A stretch of 23,042 nt of DNA from Promethearchaeota archaeon (GCA_018238625.1 JABCSY010000064.1:1-23042); one strand, 5' to 3'. Numbered from the stretch's first letter, positions 1 to 8,637 are shown. The notes: a model not told the origin generated them from the sequence alone. A program made the numbers and translations.

Positions 1-1
1 A

Positions 2-889
2 TTAAAATATGCTTTAAACAATCCTACTGACTTGAGAGTATTCAGAATCGTTGAAGCCATAAAGAGGGGAATATTAATTGTCGAGATTTACCGTCTTTCG
101 AAAGTTGATAAGTGGTTTTTATATAAAATTAAAAATGTAATCGATACCGAAAATGAACTGCAAAATCTGAATCTTCTAGAAGCAACAGACGAAGAAAAAA
201 AATATTCATTTAAAAAAGCTAAGCGTAGCGGATTTTCTGATGGCCAAATTAGTAAAATAATGTCATTAGGTAATAATGGTACGGTTATAATAAGAAACCT
301 TCGAAAGAGATATGGAATTGAACCTCATGTAAAAAGAATTGATACTTTAGCTGCAGAATGGCCAGCCATTACAAATTATCTTTATCTTACTTACGCGGCT
401 TCTGAACACGATATTGATTTTGAACGCGAAAATAGAGAAAATTTAAAAAAGATAATAGTTTTAGGTTCGGGAACATATAGAATTGGTGCTTCTGTAGAAT
501 TTGATTGGGGCTCGGTAAATTGTCTCTTGGGTTTAAAGAAATTAGGAGTAGATCAAGCAATAATGATCAATTACAACCCTGAGACCGTTTCTACCGATTA
601 CGATATTTCTGATAAACTATATTTTGAGGAACTTTCAGGAGAAAGAGTGCTGGACATCTGCGAACTTGAAAAAGCTGAAGGTATTGTGGTTTCTGTTGGA
701 GGTCAAATAGCACAGAACTTAGCGGCTAAATTTTCAAAATATTCTGAATTTTTTAGAAAAGTGAATCTGAATATACTTGGTACGCATGGAAGCCGAATTG
801 ATATGGCAGAAGATCGTTCTAAATTTAGCAGTTTGCTAGATCAACTAAATATTAGACAACCTCAATGCTGTCAAGGAAAAGTTTACTAA
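2..889 (+). CDS. carB: Carbamoyl-phosphate synthase large subunit, partial (open at window start, truncated at ~867)
   Basis: Frame is open from base 2 (LKYALNNPTDLRVF). Motifs GFSDGQI, VKRIDTLAAEWPAITNYLYLTY, VLGSGTYRIGASVEFDW, NYNPETVSTDYDISDKLYFEE and IDMAEDRSKFS. Homology stops at LNIRQPQ, and the tail CCQGKVY is read-through into unrelated sequence. Confidence 0.95.
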   Translation, partial: LKYALNNPTDLRVFRIVEAIKRGILIVEIYRLSKVDKWFLYKIKNVIDTENELQNLNLLEATDEEKKYSFKKAKRSGFSDGQISKIMSLGNNGTVIIRNLRKRYGIEPHVKRIDTLAAEWPAITNYLYLTYAASEHDIDFERENRENLKKIIVLGSGTYRIGASVEFDWGSVNCLLGLKKLGVDQAIMINYNPETVSTDYDISDKLYFEELSGERVLDICELEKAEGIVVSVGGQIAQNLAAKFSKYSEFFRKVNLNILGTHGSRIDMAEDRSKFSSLLDQLNIRQPQCCQGKVY

Positions 890-992
890 AAAAGACGGAA
901 AGCTAAAGTTCATTAGATGTGATACCAAGGTTTATAATCAAAACGAGGATCTTGTCACCGATGGTGAAGCTGTCGTTTTACTATTAAATTAA
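867..992 (+). pseudogene. 3' fragment of a MaoC-family (hot-dog fold) dehydratase
   Basis: Hand translation AVKEKFTKKDGKLKFIRCDTKVYNQNEDLVTDGEAVVLLLN* matches the MaoC C-terminal pattern T-x-V-x-NQ-x-x-x-x-V-x-x-G-E-A-x-V. No start codon or N-terminal half is present. Not in the ORF track. Confidence 0.75.
967..992 (+). repeat. 26-bp imperfect direct repeat, left copy (att-like)
   Basis: aagctgtcgttttactattaaattaa; 24/26 identical to 2353-2378. Confidence 0.85.
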
Positions 993-1156
993 CAATAAAT
1001 CTTTAATTTCTACTAAATCTTTATTTATTTATTTTTTTCTCTATTTCTAAAATTACTAATTCTTTATTTTATACTCTTGCGCATTCTTTCTTGAAATTTT
1101 TCTCATTTAAAAAAGAATTAGAAAAGAATAAAAAGTAGAACTCTCTAATTATTAAT

Positions 1157-1423
1157 ATGGCAAATGTAAAATTAAATAATAAAAGCCTATTAGAGAAATT
1201 ACAAGCAGAAGTCACTTTAAAATTAGGAAAAAAAATCTCTCAACAAGAGATATTAGATAATAGTATTGAATTTGTGTATAACCGACTTGATGAATTCATT
1301 TCTGAAAAGATTGATCATCCTCCAATCACTGACGATTTAATTAAGAGGATAAAAGAAAATGCAATTGATGCGCCTTTAATGCATCCGGAAAAATCTGATG
1401 ACGAATTAATATATAGTTTATGA
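1157..1423 (+). CDS. Putative VapB-type antitoxin
   Basis: 88 aa with LEKLQAEVTLKLGKKISQQEILD and an acidic C-terminus (SDDELIY); lies directly upstream of a PIN-domain gene. Confidence 0.7.
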   Translation: MANVKLNNKSLLEKLQAEVTLKLGKKISQQEILDNSIEFVYNRLDEFISEKIDHPPITDDLIKRIKENAIDAPLMHPEKSDDELIYSL

Positions 1424-1454
1424 AAAAAGAATTAAGACACTTATTGGTTAAACA

Positions 1455-1871
1455 ATGACAATTATAATTGATTCAAATTATTTATTTGCTTTAAAGTCGA
1501 AAAAAGATAGAAATCATAAAAAAGCATTCGAACTATTCAAAGAACTTAAAAAAGATTCTATAAAACCATTAATTACCAATAATTTAGTCGTAAGTGAAAT
1601 CTTTACTTTAACCAATTCAAGATATAAAGGAAATATTTATTATTTAGATAAATATTATGAATTAATTTGGGGGCAAGACAATTTTTTCAAGATTATTCAA
1701 TTAAAATCTGAAGAATATAAAGATGTTTATAAAATATTAAATAAATATACAACTCCCAAACGGTTATTAAGTTTTGTAGATGCTTCTTTAATATTTTTGC
1801 ATAAAAAATTCAATGCTAAAGCAATTTTATCCTTTGATAGTCATTTCGATGGGATTATTTTACGATTATAG
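1455..1871 (+). CDS. vapC: PIN-domain ribonuclease toxin (VapC family)
   Basis: IIIDSNYLFA (D), VVSE (E), LSFVDAS (D) and LSFDSHFD: the PIN acidic residues; 138 aa. Confidence 0.92.
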   Translation: MTIIIDSNYLFALKSKKDRNHKKAFELFKELKKDSIKPLITNNLVVSEIFTLTNSRYKGNIYYLDKYYELIWGQDNFFKIIQLKSEEYKDVYKILNKYTTPKRLLSFVDASLIFLHKKFNAKAILSFDSHFDGIILRL

Positions 1872-2237
1872 TTTTATATGTTCTTTCTTATCTTTTAGAT
1901 TTTGTAATGCTTTAGCGTAATTTTCGCTCTGTTTTGACCATTCTATTAATTTTATACATGGGAATTCTTTGCACTCATAACAAAATTCTAGCTTTTTATT
2001 CTCTAAACAACAATCTCGGATCCAACATTCACTTGTCCAACATTCTGATTGATCTCCCTTACAAGTGCTACAATGAAAATCAGTGACTTTTACATCCTCC
2101 CACATGCCATCAAATTGTTCGACTAACTTTTGAGCAGTTTCTAGGTTGTTTTGGGCAAGATAAATATCGCACTCAACGCAATTTAAACCACACGCTGCTA
2201 TTAGTTTAGATTTTTTATTTAAAATTCTACCTTCCAT
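1866..2237 (-). CDS. DUF3795-like Cys-rich protein
   Basis: AACGLNCVEC...CSTCKG...CWIRDCCLENKKLEFCYECKEFPC pattern. Confidence 0.85.
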   Translation of the reverse strand: MEGRILNKKSKLIAACGLNCVECDIYLAQNNLETAQKLVEQFDGMWEDVKVTDFHCSTCKGDQSECWTSECWIRDCCLENKKLEFCYECKEFPCIKLIEWSKQSENYAKALQNLKDKKEHIKL

Positions 2238-2352
2238 TATATTAACTACATTTTATATATCTTTAGTTCGGTTTTTGGAATGAATAATTAATTTCGAACA
2301 TTAATCGTACTAATCCTATATAAGATTAAATTATTTTTATCTTTATAGACTA

Positions 2353-2378
2353 AAGCTGTCGTTTTACTCTTGAATTAA
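2353..2378 (+). repeat. 26-bp imperfect direct repeat, right copy (att-like)
   Basis: aagctgtcgttttactcttgaattaa; encodes the same AVVLLLN* as the left copy, and both mismatches are synonymous. Confidence 0.85.
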
Positions 2379-2545
2379 TTATCTTTTTATTATTATTAAC
2401 TTAAGTGAAACATTTTAATCATCTTGTTTCATCTCTTTTTTTATTTTTTTAATGAATAAACACAAAAGTAAACAAGAACAAATTTAAATATTTGAAGAAT
2501 ATGACTTTAATAATAGCTACAGTGGGTGAGAAAAGAGAAAAGAAA

Positions 2546-3706
2546 ATGGAAAATGAAGATAAAATTTGTAGTGAAGTAAAATGTAACCATTGTGGATATA
2601 TTTTTGTCGCGCCTTATCAAGATGATTGTACCTGTAGAAATTGTAATCTTTTTTCGATAAAACTTTTTCGTCTTATATATGGGAAGAACAATTTTGTTAA
2701 TAAAGTAGAATCTAAAGAAGTTAAAAGCATATCGAGTAAAAATATTAAAGGAACAGAAGAGAAAAAGATTGCTAAGAGCCTGTATTTTTACGGAATTGTT
2801 TCAAAAGAGAGAATTCCTATATATTATAACGATGAAAAATGGAAGTATTTTTTAGAGTTAACAAATAATTTAGATTATGTTTCTACGAGAACCTTATCTG
2901 GAACGCTTGATAAAATGTTGATAATTATAGGAAACGAGGGCGAAGTAGAAGAAAATAAGTTAATCGCTCGTTTTTTTGAGAAAAATGGAGTCATACACGT
3001 TCTCATAGGAAATTTTTCAGATAAAGACAGCTATTGGATATTTAATCAGGTTTCAATGTTTTTCAACGATATGGTACAAAAGGATAAAATCAATATTAAA
3101 AAATTGACGAAAATTGAAAAACGTAAGATTTCATTTAAAATGAATATATTCTTAAATTATATAGAAGAAGCAGTCGATTTAAAAGTTAAATTCGAGAAGC
3201 CAAATTTTATTTATTTAGATAATTGGCTCAGACTGCATTATTTTGGATTATCATCTGAATCGGTTGGTGTTATTTCGCTTCTTTTAGATAAAGAGAATAT
3301 TCTAAAATTTGGAGAGCAAAAACACTTTGAGCCTGATTCTGAAAACGATATTTCTGGATTAGTTAAAAAAATTATTGATTTTGGAGAATCAGTCTTAACT
3401 GCAAAAATTGAAGCGATTTTAGCAAGTATTCTTGCAAACATGAAAGGTTATCCAAGATGGATTTCAATAAAATCAGGTTTCCAAAAATATCGTTTTTTTT
3501 CGATTAAAAAACTCGAAAATCAGTTCTATTTATATTGTATTACAGAAGGTAATATAGAAAATCTGGAATCGTTGGAATCATTTCTTTATATGTATTTAAA
3601 AGATGGAGTATCGAATAAATTTACCAGTTCACTAAAGGTTTTTAATGAAATAAAAAATAAAATTCAAGGCACTATAGAAACTATTCCAGAAAGAAAGTTT
3701 TATTAA
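2546..3706 (+). CDS. Hypothetical protein with N-terminal Zn-ribbon and possible longin/roadblock-like domains
   Basis: Long ORF; likely start ATG 2546 (ggtgag upstream; the ORF track starts at TTG 2492). CNHC...CRNC Zn-ribbon. The domain call is inference from the beta/alpha pattern. Confidence 0.6.
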   Translation: MENEDKICSEVKCNHCGYIFVAPYQDDCTCRNCNLFSIKLFRLIYGKNNFVNKVESKEVKSISSKNIKGTEEKKIAKSLYFYGIVSKERIPIYYNDEKWKYFLELTNNLDYVSTRTLSGTLDKMLIIIGNEGEVEENKLIARFFEKNGVIHVLIGNFSDKDSYWIFNQVSMFFNDMVQKDKINIKKLTKIEKRKISFKMNIFLNYIEEAVDLKVKFEKPNFIYLDNWLRLHYFGLSSESVGVISLLLDKENILKFGEQKHFEPDSENDISGLVKKIIDFGESVLTAKIEAILASILANMKGYPRWISIKSGFQKYRFFSIKKLENQFYLYCITEGNIENLESLESFLYMYLKDGVSNKFTSSLKVFNEIKNKIQGTIETIPERKFY

Positions 3707-3801
3707 AACCCATGCTTACATACTAACGCGGAGAACAGGAAATCGTTAGATCGATTGCTTATTATCTTTATTATACAGCAGAATAAATTCCAAGTAAAAT
3801 A

Positions 3802-4968
3802 TCATCCTTTTATTCTACGCCAATAAGAACTGATTTTAATATTATCAAAGTCATAAATTTGTATTTTTGAAGTCCACTTATAGGTTTTTAGCCACAGCTT
3901 CCCAGGAAAAGGTTGCCAACCTTTAGTTGGTTGAATACTAAACTCAATTATATCGCCTACACGATTTATATGGAATTCTCCGGCAAATATACCCTTTCGA
4001 TCGTCAATACAACAAGAGAATTTACCTTTAATGTTCACATTACTTTTTAAGGCAATTAAATTAGGAATTGCGGGAGAAAATTCAAAAGAAATAGTATGAC
4101 CAACCCCATCTTCTCCCGAAATTTTTTCTATCTCGTAATAGCCCTCATTGTCTAAAATTTCATAAATCAAATTTTCATTTTTTATCTTTAACTCAGAAGT
4201 ATTTATAAGTATAGGATTTAAGTTTCCGCTATATGAATTGTTCCAATTACTAATAATCGGTTCTAAAGAATAGCGCGCTAAATAAATGTGCATTCCATTC
4301 ATCCGAACAGGCAATTCAACTGGTTTCCTTAGGGTGCCATGAGTTTTCACGAAAATTTCTGTACTTTTTTTTATTACCATACCAAACTTGTCAAGATAAA
4401 TGACTGGGAAATATTTAGGTTTTTTGCTGTCAGCGCCAACTGGAGCCAACATTGCTGTCAAATCTCTTTCAGGAGTATTTTCTTTAATTCGAAACTCGAT
4501 TTCCTTCTCTAATTTGTCTCTTAAGCGGAGATAAGCATCCAATCCCATATTATCTACTTGAAATTTAAAATCTATTTTTTCAAGTTGATTAAACGAAACA
4601 TTAGTGAGTAGATCTTCAATTAATTTCTTTCTATTGTCAATGATTGCTTCATTGGTGTAATAGATGTCTACTAAATCGTCTTTTCTATATAAAAATACAA
4701 GTGGGTATTCCTCATCTACTATACGAAAAATTTGAAGTTCAATTCCGTAGTAGATAGAGTCTTCTTCAAAATCAACAAGCATTAATCGATCTATAGGATC
4801 AAAAGTCATGTTGAATGGAGAAAAAAACATATTTTCAGGGGGATATCCATAAATTTTTAGTGAATTCTTTCGTTTACCTAGATATTTATGGTGATCCACA
4901 ACAACCTCTTTCACCTTTACATTATACATCTTTAAGAAAATTGATGTTAATCTTTTTTTTATACTCAT
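3802..4968 (-). CDS. Hypothetical protein (388 aa), probably co-transcribed with cobO
   Basis: Long ORF starting 14 bp after the cobO stop; no motif recognised. Confidence 0.75.
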   Translation of the reverse strand: MSIKKRLTSIFLKMYNVKVKEVVVDHHKYLGKRKNSLKIYGYPPENMFFSPFNMTFDPIDRLMLVDFEEDSIYYGIELQIFRIVDEEYPLVFLYRKDDLVDIYYTNEAIIDNRKKLIEDLLTNVSFNQLEKIDFKFQVDNMGLDAYLRLRDKLEKEIEFRIKENTPERDLTAMLAPVGADSKKPKYFPVIYLDKFGMVIKKSTEIFVKTHGTLRKPVELPVRMNGMHIYLARYSLEPIISNWNNSYSGNLNPILINTSELKIKNENLIYEILDNEGYYEIEKISGEDGVGHTISFEFSPAIPNLIALKSNVNIKGKFSCCIDDRKGIFAGEFHINRVGDIIEFSIQPTKGWQPFPGKLWLKTYKWTSKIQIYDFDNIKISSYWRRIKG

Positions 4969-4982
4969 TACATCTCTTTTTT

Positions 4983-5551
4983 TTAATATTCAATGCCAAG
5001 ACGAGCTTTAATCCCTTTTGAAGAGTAGTAGTGCTTGATCATTCTCATCTCAGTGAGCAAATCTGCGCGTTCCTTAATTTTAGGATGCATCTTAGGTCCT
5101 CCAGTCATAATTAATTCAACTTTTTCAGGTTTAATATCAATCAATTTTAATACATCGTCGATTTTCACGATTCCAAATTCGACAGCTACTCCTATTTCGT
5201 CAAGAATGACTATATCGTAATCGTCGCTCATAATTATCTTCTCAGCAAACGCCATACCTTTTTTTCCTTCTTCAAAATCAATTTCTCCTGGAGTTGCGAT
5301 TAAATCTGGCGTGCCAAACTGTTTTAATTCGAAGTTTGGAATTCCCTTTACAGCCGTGACTTCCCCATATTGAGGGTATCCTTTCATAAATTGAATCATA
5401 TATACTTTAAATCCATGACCCGTAGCCCGAAAGCCTTGTCCTAAAGCTGCAGTGGTCTTACCTATAGGCATTACTATTTATTTATAGCAATTTTACCCCG
5501 ACCAAAATAGACTTGTACAAGGCCAACATTTAATCTTTTTCTTTCGACCAT
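4983..5551 (-). CDS. cobO: Cob(I)alamin/cob(I)yrinic acid a,c-diamide adenosyltransferase (CobO/BtuR/CobA), split: join(5551..5493, 5463..4983), 179 aa after removal of the insert
   Basis: Exon 1 MVERKRLNVGLVQVYFGRGK plus exon 2 GKTTAALGQGFRATGHGFKVYMIQFMKG...YDIVILDEI...ELIMTG...ADLLTEMRMIKH...ARLGIEY; 59+481=540 nt, in frame. Confidence 0.92.
5464..5492 (-). other. Candidate 29-nt archaeal BHB/BHL-type intron in mRNA
   Basis: RNA reads GGGU-AA^A-AUUGCUAU-AAAUAA-AUAGUAAU-GCCU-AU^A-GGUAAG: a 4-bp helix GGGU/GCCU, 3-nt bulges AAA and AUA, and an 8-bp intron stem. Contains in-frame UAG UAA. Canonical cuts restore GGU AAA GGU AAG. Confidence 0.75.
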
Positions 5552-5741
5552 AATTATCAAGTTCCTTGAATTAATTTATACTATAAAATGAATAATAATA
5601 TAAAATTGAGTTGGGTCTTTTTTGAATAATAAACAACCTTTTATTAATTACTTTAGGATATATTTTATATCACCAAGATATTCTTTAACTAGTTGTTTTG
5701 ATAATTCTATATATTAAGATAAAAATAAGAAAATTATAGGA

Positions 5742-6860
5742 ATGGTTATGAGTGTAAACAATGAAAACATAGCCCTGTATCGAAAATTACAGGAGCATCT
5801 TGATAAAATGCCATTAGGATTTCCTTCAACAAAATCTGGATCAGATATTAAATTACTTAAGCGTCTATTCGCGCCCGAAGAGGCGAAAATTGCTAGATTC
5901 TTAAAATTTGGATGGGAGAGAGACCTTGAACCTTTAAATACCATTTACGAACGTGCGAAAGAGACTGGAATTTTAAAAGAAGAATTAGAACAAGCCTTAG
6001 ATAAAATGGTTCAAAAAGGACTTCTTATGTTTAAAAGGGAAGCAAAAAAGAAATATTACGGTAACGCTTTACTCATGATTGGAATGTTTGAGTTCCAAGT
6101 AAACAAGCTAACAAAGGAATTTATAGAAGATTTTCACGACTATTTTGGTAAAAAATGGCTTGCGGAAGCTATAAAAGTGAAGGGTGCTCAATTACGGGTA
6201 ATTCCAGTTGAGCAAAGTATAGAATTTGAATATAGTATTAATAATTACGACGATGTCATAAAGCTTCTTGATACAACTGATGGGCCATATATGGTAACTA
6301 ATTGTCTTTGTAGACAAATAAAGGACATCTTGGAGGAACCGTGTAAAGCGACTTCTCGGAGAGAAGTATGTTTAGCGTTTGGATTTGCAGCAGAATTATA
6401 TATAGAGCAAGGATGGGGGCGTTCTATAAGTAAAGATGAAGTTCTTGAAATTCTACGAAAAAACGAGGAGGAAGGACTAGTGCTTCAACCTGACAACTCA
6501 CAAAATTTAACAGTTATTTGTAGTTGCTGTAGTTGTTGTTGCGAAGGCTTATCAAAACTTAAATTATTTCCAAACCCTGGAGATCTTACAATAACTAACT
6601 TTTACGCTGATGTGGAACCTGATCTATGCTCAGGTTGTGGAACTTGCGTTGAGATTTGCCCAATGGAGGCAATAACGCTCGTTGACGATATATCTTCGAT
6701 TGAGCGGAAACGTTGTATTGGATGTGGAAACTGCGTTACTAAATGTCCGTCTGAAGCAATAAAACTCCATAAAAGAGAAAGACAATTCGTTCCTTATCCG
6801 ACAATGGACGACCTATACGATAAAATAATGGAAAGAAAATTAAGATTAAAAAATAGGTAA
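5742..6860 (+). CDS. 4Fe-4S dicluster-binding protein with N-terminal HTH-like region
   Basis: CLCR, ICSCCSCCC, and two ferredoxin motifs CSGCGTCVEICP and CIGCGNCVTKCP. Confidence 0.88.
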   Translation: MVMSVNNENIALYRKLQEHLDKMPLGFPSTKSGSDIKLLKRLFAPEEAKIARFLKFGWERDLEPLNTIYERAKETGILKEELEQALDKMVQKGLLMFKREAKKKYYGNALLMIGMFEFQVNKLTKEFIEDFHDYFGKKWLAEAIKVKGAQLRVIPVEQSIEFEYSINNYDDVIKLLDTTDGPYMVTNCLCRQIKDILEEPCKATSRREVCLAFGFAAELYIEQGWGRSISKDEVLEILRKNEEEGLVLQPDNSQNLTVICSCCSCCCEGLSKLKLFPNPGDLTITNFYADVEPDLCSGCGTCVEICPMEAITLVDDISSIERKRCIGCGNCVTKCPSEAIKLHKRERQFVPYPTMDDLYDKIMERKLRLKNR

Positions 6861-6865
6861 TTTTT

Positions 6866-7633
6866 ATGAGTAAATATGAAGATATCGATACTAAATTGAA
6901 TAAATATCTTAGGTTAGCTACTTTCCCCGTTGCTGTAAAACTACTTGAGAATCCCGAAGAATTAAATAGCGTAAGGCATTTAAAAAAAACAGAAAAACAA
7001 ATAGCGCTTTGTCAAATTTTCAGCTATGCAAGGTATTATGGATGGACTATGGGTTGCGTAAAGGAGGATAATATTTGTCCGCTAGCCGAAATAAGTCTCG
7101 GATTTGAAAAATCGCATAAACTTTTCGAAGAGGGCGCTTTTTTTGTAGGAAGATACAATGAGACAAAAGAAGCAGCAAAGAAAACCACTGCTACAATGCC
7201 AAAACTACCATTCGGACAATATTCTGCTATTGTTTCTGGCGCTTTAAGTCGGGTTGATTTTGATCCCGATTTGATCCTAATTTGGGGTAATTCTGCTCAG
7301 ATTATGAGGATAATCCAGGGTTCTTTATGGAAAAAAGGAGGGAGAGTTTCGATGTCAACTTTTTGTGATGGAGTTTGTGCCGATACTATCTCAAATGCCA
7401 TCCTTACGGGTGAATTACAAGTTGCGTTTCCATGTCTTGGCGATCGCCGTTTTGCTATGGCAACTGATACGGATTTAATTGCCTCAATACCTATGGGAAT
7501 TGTTGACGAAATAATAGAAGGTATGGAGAAGACTCACAGAGCTGGAACTAGGTACCCCATACCATATCAAATGTCGACCCCAGAATTCTTTGTAAAATTA
7601 AAGAAGCAATTAGAAAAAGCAAAAAAAAAATAA
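6866..7633 (+). CDS. DUF169 family protein
   Basis: LRLATFPVAVKL, ALCQ..SYAR.YG, ICPLA...LG, PDLILIWGNSAQIMR, CAD, PCLGDRRFA. Confidence 0.88.
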   Translation: MSKYEDIDTKLNKYLRLATFPVAVKLLENPEELNSVRHLKKTEKQIALCQIFSYARYYGWTMGCVKEDNICPLAEISLGFEKSHKLFEEGAFFVGRYNETKEAAKKTTATMPKLPFGQYSAIVSGALSRVDFDPDLILIWGNSAQIMRIIQGSLWKKGGRVSMSTFCDGVCADTISNAILTGELQVAFPCLGDRRFAMATDTDLIASIPMGIVDEIIEGMEKTHRAGTRYPIPYQMSTPEFFVKLKKQLEKAKKK

Positions 7634-7761
7634 GTCAATAGATTATTTTGAATTCTTTTCCTCTTTTTTCTGTATCAATGAGTATAATATACAATATTTT
7701 TAACATAACAAAAATTGTTTCTAAATATTGTTTTAATATCTAAAATTCAATAATCTCTGAA

Positions 7762-8637
7762 GTGAGGAGATCAAAAATTCGAAAAAGTAAATTAATGACC
7801 TTAGACGATGCGATTTCTACTTACGTTCAAGATGGTGACCTAGTTGGTTTTGGGGGACTCTCGTTTTGGAGAAAACCGATAGAAGCATGTAGAGAGATAA
7901 TTAGACAAGACAAAAAGGACTTATCTCTTTGCACTTTTGTTGGAGGGCTCGAAATTGATATGCTTGTAGCTGCAGGTTGTGCGTCTCAAGTGAGAGCCAG
8001 TTTCGTAGGTATGGAAATATTTGGTATGGCTCCAAATTATAGGAAAGCTGTTGAGTCCAGATCAATAAAGATTTCTGAGGAAAGTGAAGCTTCTATTGCT
8101 TTAGGATTAAGAGCATCCTATTTGAAAGTGCCTTTCATGCCTTTAAAAGGTATTATAGGAACTGATATGCCAAAAGTAAGGAGTGATATTAAACAATTTA
8201 AAGACCCCTTGGGTTCAAATACAGAATTGATGGCATTGCCCAAAATAGATTTGGATGTGGCTATCTTACACGTCCCTTATGCAGACGAATATGGAAATGG
8301 AAATATTGCTGGAGCTGTTTGGATGGATGCCGATATGGCAAAAACCGCTAAAAAAACGATTATAATAACGGAAAAATTAGTTGAAACGGAAGATATTAGG
8401 TATTTACCAGGGAAAGCGCAATTACCAATGCAAACAACAACCGCGGTAGTTAAGGTCCCTTACGGGGCTCACCCCACAAGTTGTTATCCCTTCTATACTT
8501 TCGATCCCCTTCATATTCAAGCTTATTTAAAAGCAGATTTTAAAAATTATAAAGAGAAATATATTACGGGAAAAAATTCCGCTCAGTATTTAGAGGAAGC
8601 TGGAGGAGTTCAAACAATTTTAAATATATTACTATAA
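7762..8637 (+). CDS. Family I CoA-transferase subunit A (glutaconate/3-oxoadipate CoA-transferase-like)
   Basis: KLMTLDDAI..VQDGDLVGFGG, GTD, DVAILHVPYADEYGN, VVKVPYGAHPTSC; start may instead be ATG 7795. Confidence 0.9.
   Translation: MRRSKIRKSKLMTLDDAISTYVQDGDLVGFGGLSFWRKPIEACREIIRQDKKDLSLCTFVGGLEIDMLVAAGCASQVRASFVGMEIFGMAPNYRKAVESRSIKISEESEASIALGLRASYLKVPFMPLKGIIGTDMPKVRSDIKQFKDPLGSNTELMALPKIDLDVAILHVPYADEYGNGNIAGAVWMDADMAKTAKKTIIITEKLVETEDIRYLPGKAQLPMQTTTAVVKVPYGAHPTSCYPFYTFDPLHIQAYLKADFKNYKEKYITGKNSAQYLEEAGGVQTILNILL

Noticed and set aside
3723-3749. Small inverted repeat ctaacg...cgttag between convergent genes
   Set aside because: Only a 6-bp stem; no SECIS or ncRNA consensus, and no in-frame UGA read-through candidate nearby.
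4983-5471. ORF-track start MPIGKTT for cobO
   Set aside because: This ATG lies inside the insert; the conserved GLVQVYxG strand is encoded upstream from ATG 5551.
5464-5492. Programmed frameshift or simple sequencing indel as the explanation for split cobO
   Set aside because: There are 29 extra structured nucleotides with tandem stops. A frameshift would leave ~10 extra residues inside the P-loop, and a homopolymer error would not create this sequence.
5462-5496. The cobO insert can also be read as a 35-nt spliceosomal-like GT...AG intron (GTAAAA...CTATAG) that restores frame
   Set aside because: That excision gives FGRGKTT and loses two residues of the conserved GxGKGKTT loop. The 29-nt BHB-type excision restores the consensus exactly, and no spliceosome is known in archaea. 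It is probably a by-product of the repeated GGTAA codons; junction reads would distinguish the two.
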